A stretch of DNA of 24,000 bases from NCBI RefSeq assembly GCF_030286045.1, contig NZ_CP127390.1, positions 1,667,482-1,691,481 of the forward strand. Direction: 5' to 3'. Position 1 is the first letter of the stretch. Each line of letters opens with the position of its first letter. Shown one piece after another: positions 8,541 through 15,558 of the stretch. Made by a program: the position numbers and the translations under genes. Below the pieces are notes generated by a model. That model ran no database searches and was not told the origin of the DNA. It worked only from the letters and a program-made list of their open reading frames with translations. The DNA is from Propionimicrobium sp. PCR01-08-3 (GTDB taxonomy: Bacteria; Actinomycetota; Actinomycetes; Propionibacteriales; Propionibacteriaceae).

Positions 8541-9785
8541 TCAAAGTTTCTGACGGCCGGGCAGCCCCGCTATCGCGTCCAGCAACCCGTCGGCGGCCTC
8601 ACGTTTCGTCCCACTCGCTGTCGCCACCAGCTCGCCGCCAGCGGCGAGCACGTAGAGCGTGTTTTCGGTGGACTCGAACCCTTGCGTCCACCCCACCGCG
8701 TTGACCGCCAACAGATCGACCCCCTTGCGGGCGAGCTTGCTTCGTCCCAACTCAAGCAGGGCGTCCTCGTCCGAAGCAGTCTCTGCCGCGAAACCCACGA
8801 TGATCTGCCCGGGTCTGCGTGCTGCCACCAATCCGCGCAGGATGTCCGGGTTCTCGACGAGTTCGAGGCTCAGCACCGGTCCGGACGCCTCTTCCTTGCG
8901 CAGTTTCGTGTCGTGAACCGACTCGACCCGGTAGTCGGCCACCGCGGCCGCCATCACGATGACGTCTGCACTATCCGCATGTCGTTGAACGGCTTCCTGA
9001 AGGTCGGCGGCGGTGCCGACCTGCTCGATGTCTACGGCAGGTAAGTCGGCGATCTCGGCGAGAACCGCGTCCTCGACATTGGCCGCGAGCACCGTGACAG
9101 TGGCGCCGCGCGCGGCGGCGGCTTGCGCAAGCGCGCCTCCTTGGCGTCCGCTCGAGCGGTTGCCGATATAGCGGACGGGATCGATCGGTTCCCGGGTGCC
9201 GCCGGCGCTGACCACGATCCTCACTCCGGCCAGATCACCGTGTGCCTCGCGCGCGGCGAGAAGCTCGATGGCGCGTTGAACGATCTCGGCGGGCTCACTC
9301 ATGCGTCCCGGCCCGGAATCCGCACCGGTGAGACGTCCCTTGTCGGGCCCGATCACCTGCACGCCCCGGGAACGCAGCGTCGCCATGTTGGCCTGAGTCG
9401 CCGGATGGAGCCACATCTGGGTGTGCATGGCAGGCGCCACCAGCACCGGCGCCTGGGTGGCCAACAAGGTGGTGCCGAGGAGGTTGTCGGCGATGCCGGT
9501 GGCCATCTTGGCCAGCGTGTTGGCGGTGGCAGGGGCAACGATCACCAGATCGGCCTGCTGACCAAGCGCGACATGGCGAACCTCGGCAACATTCTCGTGC
9601 ACCGAGGTGGTCACCGGATGACGGCTGATAGCCTCCCAGGTCGGCTTGCCGACGAAATGTAGGGCGTCCTCGGTGGGCACGATATGCACGTCATGGCCCT
9701 CTTCCGCCAGCAACCGCGCCACCATGACGGCTTTGTAGGCGGCGATTCCCCCGCTGACTCCCAGCACGATGTTCATGGCATCCAT
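8541..9785 (-). CDS. coaBC: Bifunctional phosphopantothenoylcysteine decarboxylase / phosphopantothenate-cysteine ligase.
   Basis: GVSGGIAAYK flavoprotein motif, APAMHTQMW, and the CoaB half (VSAGGTREPIDPVRYIGNRSSG). Start at ATG 9785 (MDAMNIVLG) gives 414 aa. ATG 9776 is equally possible. Confidence 0.9.
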   Translation of the reverse strand: MDAMNIVLGVSGGIAAYKAVMVARLLAEEGHDVHIVPTEDALHFVGKPTWEAISRHPVTTSVHENVAEVRHVALGQQADLVIVAPATANTLAKMATGIADNLLGTTLLATQAPVLVAPAMHTQMWLHPATQANMATLRSRGVQVIGPDKGRLTGADSGPGRMSEPAEIVQRAIELLAAREAHGDLAGVRIVVSAGGTREPIDPVRYIGNRSSGRQGGALAQAAAARGATVTVLAANVEDAVLAEIADLPAVDIEQVGTAADLQEAVQRHADSADVIVMAAAVADYRVESVHDTKLRKEEASGPVLSLELVENPDILRGLVAARRPGQIIVGFAAETASDEDALLELGRSKLARKGVDLLAVNAVGWTQGFESTENTLYVLAAGGELVATASGTKREAADGLLDAIAGLPGRQKL

Positions 9786-9977
9786 CTTTTCATCGCGGCC
9801 ATCCGCGATCCACTGCTGGCCTACGAGAAGGCGCCGGCCCAATCCCTCACCGCGCAAAACTCGGTCGAATGCGGGGCAGCAGCTCTGCACGTCATTTGCC
9901 AGATCCGGGTCTGTCCTGAATCAGGCTTATGCCAGATCCATCGATTTTCGTCTACAGGCCGTCGACGATTCTGCGCT

Positions 9978-9983
9978 TATACT
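9978..9983 (+). promoter_or_regulatory. Candidate -10 box TATACT for the NRDE-family gene (short or absent leader).
   Basis: TANNNT hexamer 8 nt upstream of ATG 9992, with no SD. Confidence 0.35.
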
Positions 9984-9991
9984 GCACGAGC

Positions 9992-10738
9992 ATGTGCACC
10001 GTCATCGTCCAGGTTCCCGATAGCCCGGAAGGCCCTACCAGGCTGCTAGCGGTGCGCGACGAGGATCCGAATCGTCCGTGGGATCCGCCCGGCGCATGGT
10101 GGCCGAGCGAACACCCGGGTGTCGTCGGTGTCAGAGACCGCCGGGCCAACGGGGCGTGGCTCGCCGAGAACCCGTCGACGGGACGACTGTCGGTGCTGCT
10201 GAACCGCAATCCCGAGGTGCTGGCCTCCCCCGACGATCAACTCGAATCGCGGGGCGGCATCGTGCTCGCCTCCATCCAGGGAGCGAGCATTCCGGACGCG
10301 CCGAACACGGCGACCTTCAACCTCATCGAGATCAATGGCGCCCACACCGGGCTGGTCAGTTGGACGGGTGCGCGCCTGCATCGCGAGACACCCCGGCCCG
10401 GCGTCCACATGATCGCACACGATGATCTGGATGATCCCGGTACGGCACGAGTTGCCCGTTGGCTACCTGATTTCCGCGAGCTGGCCGCCCAGTGGGATTC
10501 GCATGTGCCCTTCGAAGATTGGCGGCAGCAGTGGCTCGATCTGCTCGCCAGCAGTGGCCAACTGGGGCCGGACGACGACGAGGCCATCATCCGCGACAAC
10601 CGCCCACACGGTTATCCAACGCTGTCATTGCTGGTCTGCGTCGCCGAAATCCACGTAGATACGGTCGCGCTGGCATGGTCTATGCTGCCCGAACCTGGGT
10701 CCCTGGAGGGCGCCACGCCGCTCGCGCAGATCGTGTGA
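9992..10738 (+). CDS. NRDE family protein (TANGO2/DUF833-like).
   Basis: The protein begins MCT (Cys2, typical of this family) and has LLAVRDEDPNRPW (the NRDE-type motif). ATG 9992 was chosen over the ORF-track start at 9929. Confidence 0.75.
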   Translation: MCTVIVQVPDSPEGPTRLLAVRDEDPNRPWDPPGAWWPSEHPGVVGVRDRRANGAWLAENPSTGRLSVLLNRNPEVLASPDDQLESRGGIVLASIQGASIPDAPNTATFNLIEINGAHTGLVSWTGARLHRETPRPGVHMIAHDDLDDPGTARVARWLPDFRELAAQWDSHVPFEDWRQQWLDLLASSGQLGPDDDEAIIRDNRPHGYPTLSLLVCVAEIHVDTVALAWSMLPEPGSLEGATPLAQIV

Positions 10739-10763
10739 TGACGTCAGTGATCACGTGATGACA
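10734..10763. repeat. Cluster of overlapping perfect palindromes at the stop codon of the NRDE gene.
   Basis: TGACGTCA (10739-10746), GTGATCAC (10747-10754) and ATCACGTGAT (10750-10759). Direct repeat GTGATGAC at 10735-10742 and 10755-10762, offset by 20 bp. Confidence 0.6.
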
Positions 10764-11021
10764 GGCGCTGCCCAGCAAGCGATTGACGTCGGGCCGCACC
10801 CGTTCGATCTGCTCTGCGGAGGGGCGGGAGACATCAGCAGATCGTGCCACCGCGCTCGTCCGATCGAGGAAGTGCGGCGAGGTGTGGCCAGATCGTGGCT
10901 GCGGAGTTACCGGTTGCCGGGCTCCTCCAGCACCGTTTCGGGGATGGCTGCGGAGCTGAGCAAAGCCTGCGGGTTGACCCGGAATAGACCCTCGTCAGAA
11001 GGTTCTCGAAAACTCGCCGGG

Positions 11022-11027
11022 TAGTAT
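11022..11027 (+). promoter_or_regulatory. Candidate -10 box TAGTAT for the DUF368 gene.
   Basis: TANNNT hexamer 27 nt upstream of ATG 11055. SD GAAGGA lies 5 nt before the ATG. There is no convincing -35. Confidence 0.25.
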
Positions 11028-11054
11028 CGTCCGGGACCCCGACGAAGGATACAG

Positions 11055-12017
11055 ATGAGCGAGCCGATCAATAGTCAACCGAGCAGCGCACAGCCGCAAC
11101 CCGCAACAGATGCCTATCTCAATGAGCCGGAGAGCGTCGGCGCGTGGCTGATCCGGATGGTCAAGGGAATCTTGGTGGGTATCGGATTCATTCTGCCCGG
11201 ATTATCGGGTGGGGTGCTAGCGGTGATCTTTCGGGTATATGACCCGATCATCCGCTTCTTGGCGAAGCCGTTCCACCGTTTCGGAAGAAATGTGCTCTAT
11301 TTCATTCCGATCGGCATCGGTGCGGTCATTGGAATCGTACTTTTCTCGATCGTCGTGGACGCAGCCTTCGGTCGCTTTGCTGCGCAATTCATCTGTCTTT
11401 TCATCGGTTTCGTGGTCGGCACCTTCCCCTCGCTTTACCGGCAGGCCGGCAAGCAGGGGCGAAACCCGACTCATTGGATCATCTTCGCCGCGGCCGCCGT
11501 GGTGATCTTCGTGATCATGCTTGTCGGCGGCCAGTCGATGATCGATGTCACACCGAACTGGTTCATTTGGCTCGGTTCGGGCGCACTCATCGGTTTGGGC
11601 GTGATCGTGCCGGGCATGAGCCCCTCGAATTTCCTGATCTATTTCGGCCTCTACGACAAGATGGCCGCCGGAATCAAGGACTTCGATTTCGGCGTCATCA
11701 TTCCGCTGGTGCTGGGGCTGATCGTCTGTGTGCTGGTCTTCGCCAAGGCTGCGGCCTGGGCATTCGACCACTATTACGCCGGCATGTATCACTTCATTCT
11801 GGGCATGGTCGTCGGTTCGTCGCTGGCGATTTTCCCGACCGTTGTCTTTCCTTCGTTCACGGCTTCGGGGCTTGCGGACGCAAGGCTCAGTCTGCCTGTG
11901 GCGTTGGTTTTCGCCGTCGCCCTGTTCATCGTGGGGACGATCGCATCCTGGCTGTTCAGCAGGCTCGAGGACAGGGTCTCGGTACAGCGTGAGGCGATCG
12001 AGTCGGCCGCCGGCTGA
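11055..12017 (+). CDS. DUF368 family membrane protein (family recently linked to undecaprenyl-phosphate translocation, PopT-like).
   Basis: Two PG-x-S signature segments (ILPGLSGGVLAV and IVPGMSPSNFL) in a polytopic hydrophobic protein of 320 aa. SD GAAGGA is present. Codon usage is visibly AT-shifted (ttt, att, tta) relative to neighbours. Confidence 0.8.
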   Translation: MSEPINSQPSSAQPQPATDAYLNEPESVGAWLIRMVKGILVGIGFILPGLSGGVLAVIFRVYDPIIRFLAKPFHRFGRNVLYFIPIGIGAVIGIVLFSIVVDAAFGRFAAQFICLFIGFVVGTFPSLYRQAGKQGRNPTHWIIFAAAAVVIFVIMLVGGQSMIDVTPNWFIWLGSGALIGLGVIVPGMSPSNFLIYFGLYDKMAAGIKDFDFGVIIPLVLGLIVCVLVFAKAAAWAFDHYYAGMYHFILGMVVGSSLAIFPTVVFPSFTASGLADARLSLPVALVFAVALFIVGTIASWLFSRLEDRVSVQREAIESAAG

Positions 12018-12667
12018 GCCCACCACCCAGACAATTCATGCCTTGATCGGTCGTTATGCCGATGGTGCTCTCATCGATGGGAGCATCGAACAATGGACGC
12101 GTCGAGTAGCAGCTCATGGCTTAACCCGATCCCAGAAGCAATGAGTAGCCGTCATTCCATCATTGGGAAGGTGTGATTTCGCGAGCAGCGCGCCACCGCA
12201 AACATCGGGCAATTACCCGTAGCGGCGGCGCGGCTGCTGCGCCCTGGGAGTGCGTAGCGGAACGACTAAGCACTGTAAGTTTCTGCCAGCTCCGATAGCG
12301 AGTCAAGGAAAACGACGCATCTGTGGATAACTTGTCAACTAAAGTTGATTCTTCCCAGGCATCTCCTCCGAATTCGTGACGGTCTCGTTCTCGAATGACC
12401 AGGGCGGCCGGTTCGATCAAGCCCGAGTCCAATCGTTTCAAACCAGCATCGGCGCTCCTTCCGGAGGCCGCAATTTCGGCCCGAAATGAGATACAGCTAT
12501 CTCGAGTTATTTCCGAACTAGCCAAGGCGGCGCCGGTGGGCCGTCCGTTCCTGCCTGTGCTCTTTCTCGGACTAGGCGCTTTCTGGACGCTACCGCTAGA
12601 CTGGCCCCCGCTGGTCCTGAATTCATCGACACCGCCTCGGGCGGTGGCTTGGGTGAATCCGGCGCAG

Positions 12668-12741
12668 GGGGCGTTAGCTCAGCAGGTTAGAGCAGAGGAC
12701 TCATAATCCTTGGGTCGCGGGTTCGAGCCCCGCACGCCCTA
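12668..12741 (+). tRNA. tRNA with CAU anticodon: elongator tRNA-Met, or possibly tRNA-Ile2 (lysidine).
   Basis: Manual cloverleaf. Acceptor GGGGCGT/ACGCCCT (G1.U72). D arm GCTC..GAGC. Anticodon stem GAGGA/TCCTT with loop CTCATAA. T arm GCGGG-TTCGAGC-CCCGC. Discriminator A. It is not an initiator: no C1xA72 mismatch and no three G-C pairs in the anticodon stem. CCA is not fully encoded (the 3' end reads ACCG). Confidence 0.9.
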
Positions 12742-12848
12742 CCGATAAGAAACCGACCGTTACTCGAACAAGCGACCGAGCGGTCAAGTCTCCCCCACGC
12801 TCCTGAGTGCGACTCAAGACCAAGACGACAAAATCTGTCACCCCGGGG

Positions 12849-12877
12849 TTGACGAGCGTGAGCCAAGGTGTCACGAT
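12849..12877 (+). promoter_or_regulatory. Candidate promoter of the tRNA-adjacent operon: -35 TTGACG, 17-nt spacer, -10 CACGAT.
   Basis: TTGACG at 12849-12854 and CACGAT at 12872-12877. The -10 ends 6 nt before ATG 12884, which would make the transcript leaderless. No SD is present. Confidence 0.4.
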
Positions 12878-12883
12878 ATTCAC

Positions 12884-13354
12884 ATGAAGAGTAATCCCAG
12901 GGGTGACAACTCCCATCCGGCTGCGACTTCATCGAAGCAGGCGGAGTGGACGGGCGTCCTTGCGCATCGTCGGAAGGACAGTCCCGCAACGGTCGCCGCG
13001 GTCATCGAAAGATTCGAGGCCGCGGGCGTCACCCCGGGCGAGGTCGCGTCCCACCTCGAAGACGGTGGAGATCGACTTTATGCAGCCGCTGCCTCGGGCG
13101 CAGATAACTGGGCGTCCGCATTCGGTGGGGAGCAAGCCGCCGCGCTGCTGGCGGCGGAGGTCAGTGCGCTCATGTCGCACCTTGTTGCCCGTGCCGCGGG
13201 CGTCCGCTCGGTCTGCGTGGAGGCGCTGCTCGATGAGTTCAGTGCGGTGACGGTCGGCGGTGCGCTCGGCGTCGCGCGACAGAAGGTCTATGAACTCGCC
13301 CGAGCGAGCGTAGATCCCGATTATCTCAAGACGACACCTTGGAGAAGATCATGA
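12884..13354 (+). CDS. Hypothetical protein (156 aa, Ala-rich, possible C-terminal helix-turn-helix).
   Basis: This is the only in-frame start. The C-terminal segment VTVGGALGVARQKVYELAR looks HTH-like. The stop TGA overlaps the next gene's ATG (ATGA at 13351-13354). Confidence 0.5.
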   Translation: MKSNPRGDNSHPAATSSKQAEWTGVLAHRRKDSPATVAAVIERFEAAGVTPGEVASHLEDGGDRLYAAAASGADNWASAFGGEQAAALLAAEVSALMSHLVARAAGVRSVCVEALLDEFSAVTVGGALGVARQKVYELARASVDPDYLKTTPWRRS

Positions 13355-14037
13355 ACGACATACACGAGGCAGTAGCACTGCCCGACGCGTCCGTGAAACG
13401 GCTGCTTCATCCGATAGATATACCCGAGGCGCGTTCCTTGTACCTGCGCGGATGGTGGTTCGCGCGCCTGTGCTCACTCCCGATGGCCGTCGCCATCGGC
13501 GCGATCGTATGGACGCTCGGGGGCAGCCTGCTGGCATCACTTGCAGCCCCAGTCAGCACTTTCGTGATCGCCTTTGCAGCGAGTCGCTGGCATGAGGCGC
13601 GCGCGTGGGACTTCATTCCCAGAAAACGACAAGATCCCGACGGTGCCGGTTCCTGGCGGCTGCTCGCAGCTGTCTTGGACGCCGCCGCTCCGCTCGTCAC
13701 GGCGGCCGCGGTCATCCTGGCGGTCAACAACACACCGATTTCTACGGGAGTTGTCGCCTACGCGATCGGCTCCGGTATCGGTGTTGCGGTCGTGCAGGTC
13801 GCCGGGCTTGCCCTGTCGGTCGTGCGCAAGCGAAATAGCACCTCGATCGGGCCGCGCGTGATTCTGCTTGTCGCAGTCATCGCGGCGTCCTTGCTGGTCG
13901 CCGTGTTTGGCGGCGCCTGGGCTCAGAACTCCCCCGTGCTCGCGGCCGCCGGCCTGGTGACAGTGCTTTTGGCCCAATCGCTGTGGTGGCTCTTCGTCCA
14001 AAGGAACGGAGGGCGCAGTGAAGGTGGCGAGCAATGA
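13351..14037 (+). CDS. Hypothetical integral membrane protein (about 6 predicted TM helices).
   Basis: Three hydrophobic hairpins. GGAGAAG lies 3 nt upstream of ATG 13351. ATGA overlaps occur at both ends (13351-13354 and 14034-14037). Confidence 0.6.
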   Translation: MNDIHEAVALPDASVKRLLHPIDIPEARSLYLRGWWFARLCSLPMAVAIGAIVWTLGGSLLASLAAPVSTFVIAFAASRWHEARAWDFIPRKRQDPDGAGSWRLLAAVLDAAAPLVTAAAVILAVNNTPISTGVVAYAIGSGIGVAVVQVAGLALSVVRKRNSTSIGPRVILLVAVIAASLLVAVFGGAWAQNSPVLAAAGLVTVLLAQSLWWLFVQRNGGRSEGGEQ

Positions 14038-14675
14038 TGAGCACCGACGAGCCCGAGATCACCGTCACGCCTGTCCACGTCGGAGACCTGGCCGGGGTGG
14101 GCATGCCGATCTACGTCTACCTCATCGAGCACCCCCAGGCGACGGTGCTCGTCGACACGGGGCTGACCGAGCTGCATCCGGCAGTCTCCGATCTCGACCC
14201 TCGGATCCGGCCATTGACCGAGCAGAATCTTGACCTCAGCGGTATCGACATCGTGGTCAACACTCACCTGCATTTCGACCACTGCGGAGGCAATCACCTG
14301 TTCGCCGATCGACCGATCTATGTTCAGCGGCGAGAGCTCGAAGACGCCCGGACGCAGGATGATTACACGATTCGAGAGTGGGTCGATCCGCGAGACGTTG
14401 CGTTGCAGTACCATCCGGTGGACGGCGAGTTCGAGCTGTTGCCCGGCGTACGGTTGGTGCCGGCGCCGGGGCACACCCGCGGTTCGCAGATTGTGGTGAT
14501 CGGCACCGGCGATCGGTCCGTCATTATCGCCGGGGACGCGGCAGTGTGGTCCGGCGAACTCATCAATCCCAAAACGGAAGGTCAACAGCTCATTCGTGCG
14601 CTCGACCCGAGGCTCGTATGGCTCTCGCACGAGCAAGAACCATGGCGTCCCGATGACACCCGAAGCGACAAGTAA
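14034..14675 (+). CDS. MBL-fold metallo-hydrolase (N-acyl-homoserine-lactonase-like subgroup).
   Basis: HLHFDHCGG (HxHxDH) motif, later PAPGHTRGS and AGDAAVW metal-ligand regions, 213 aa. Confidence 0.85.
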   Translation: MMSTDEPEITVTPVHVGDLAGVGMPIYVYLIEHPQATVLVDTGLTELHPAVSDLDPRIRPLTEQNLDLSGIDIVVNTHLHFDHCGGNHLFADRPIYVQRRELEDARTQDDYTIREWVDPRDVALQYHPVDGEFELLPGVRLVPAPGHTRGSQIVVIGTGDRSVIIAGDAAVWSGELINPKTEGQQLIRALDPRLVWLSHEQEPWRPDDTRSDK

Positions 14676-14695
14676 GCCGAATAGACGAGGACGAG

Positions 14696-14714
14696 CCCGG
14701 CCTCGCCGGCCGGG
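14696..14714 (+). terminator. GC-only hairpin after the MBL gene (possible U-tract-less terminator).
   Basis: CCCGGCC (14696-14702) / GGCCGGG (14708-14714) with a 5-nt loop, 20 nt after the stop codon. No T-run follows. Confidence 0.35.
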
Positions 14715-14717
14715 ATC

Positions 14718-14723
14718 TACAGT
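14718..14723 (+). promoter_or_regulatory. Candidate -10 box TACAGT for a leaderless macro-domain transcript.
   Basis: The TANNNT hexamer ends exactly 6 nt before ATG 14730. No SD is present. Confidence 0.4.
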
Positions 14724-14729
14724 CGATGT

Positions 14730-15257
14730 ATGAGTGCTCAGATCACACTTCTGCAGGGCGACATCACGACCGACCGTGAGGTGGATGCGATCGTGAACGC
14801 CGCCAACAAATCACTACTGGGTGGAGGCGGCGTCGATGGCGCGATCCATCGCGCCGCCGGTCCTGGGCTCCTTGCCGAATGCCGCACCTTGCACGGCTGC
14901 GAGACGGGTGATGCGAAGATCACCAAGGGCTACCAGCTGCCCGCCGCGCACGTCATTCACACGGTCGGCCCCGTCTATCGTGATGGCAAGCACGGCGAGC
15001 CCCAGCTGCTCGCCAGCGCCTATCGGCGCAGCTTCGAAATCGCCGCCCAGAACAACTGTGCCCGAGTCGCGTTTCCCGCGATCTCGGCCGGTGTGTACGG
15101 GTATCCGCTTGACGAGGCGGCTCGCATCGCCATCACGACCGTGGCCGAGGCAACCACCGAGCACCCGGAGGTCACCCAGGTACGCTTCTGGCTGTTCAAT
15201 GCGCAGGTTTTCGACGCGTTTCAGCATGCTCTTGATGAGGTCACCAACCCCTCCTGA
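14730..15257 (+). CDS. Macro-domain protein, O-acetyl-ADP-ribose deacetylase (MacroD/YmdB type).
   Basis: DAIVNAAN, GGGGVDGAIHRAAG and FPAISAGVYGYP motifs. Standalone protein of 175 aa. Confidence 0.9.
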   Translation: MSAQITLLQGDITTDREVDAIVNAANKSLLGGGGVDGAIHRAAGPGLLAECRTLHGCETGDAKITKGYQLPAAHVIHTVGPVYRDGKHGEPQLLASAYRRSFEIAAQNNCARVAFPAISAGVYGYPLDEAARIAITTVAEATTEHPEVTQVRFWLFNAQVFDAFQHALDEVTNPS

Positions 15258-15558
15258 TTCCGGGACGATCCACACGCATTGTGAGCGAGAATCGTCGAAG
15301 GCGGCACTCAATCAGACCAACAGCGCGTTCCGGCACCAGGGCCCCGGTTTCTTGTTCAGGGCGAATTGGGCACGCACGGGAACCTCCACGGGCTCGGCCC
15401 CGGCCTCGCCATCAGAAGCCTCCACCAATCAGACCGCGACCACATTCTCTAACCCAGGCCACAAACCTGACGCACACCCGCTTGTTCAACACTTCGGCAT
15501 TTTCGTCGGAGCAGGTGGATACTCTGGAATCACGTTGACAAACACGAAGGAGTGGTCG

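Noticed and set aside
10734-10763. CRP/GlxR-type site (TGTGA-N6-TCACA) in the palindrome cluster.
   Set aside because: In every register the TGTGA or GTGA half-sites are followed, at N6 spacing, by sequences that do not match TCACA. The symmetry is of a different kind.
10755-11024. 89-aa plus-strand ORF between the NRDE and DUF368 genes.
   Set aside because: It has no SD, three rare AGA codons, lower GC3 than neighbouring genes and no recognisable motif. It is treated as non-coding, and the region is reported as a finding instead.
12160-12525. 121-aa minus-strand ORF upstream of the tRNA.
   Set aside because: It has a TTG start without an SD, low GC3 and an Arg/Ser/Ala-rich sequence with no motif. 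The open frame continues into the tRNA gene. It is possibly a decayed remnant but is not supportable as a gene.
14730-15257. Macro-domain gene as the DarG antitoxin of a DarTG toxin-antitoxin or defence system.
   Set aside because: The protein is a 175-aa standalone MacroD/YmdB-type enzyme with no C-terminal DarT-binding domain. No DarT-like ADP-ribosyltransferase gene is adjacent. The upstream neighbour is an MBL hydrolase separated by a hairpin and its own promoter.
15287-15297. GAGAATCGTCG is shared between the macro/dhaL intergenic region and 19832-19842, and CAATCAGACC repeats at 15309 and 15426.
   Set aside because: Matches of 10-11 nt are within chance expectation, and no convincing partner arm or hairpin is present at the 15.3 kb locus. 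They are not counted as instances of the CAGAGAAT motif.
12745-15300. Integrated prophage or genomic island at tRNA-Met bounded by att repeats.
   Set aside because: There is no integrase, recombinase or phage-like gene. I could not find a duplicate of the tRNA 3' end (GTTCGAGCCCCGCACGCCCTACC) downstream. Only weak compositional and positional hints remain, and these are reported separately.
14821-15558. Long N-terminal extension of the dhaL ORF (ORF-track start 14821).
   Set aside because: The extension overlaps the macro-domain gene in another frame and is Pro/Arg/Ser-rich nonsense. DhaL homology begins at ATG 15559, which has a GAAGGAG SD.
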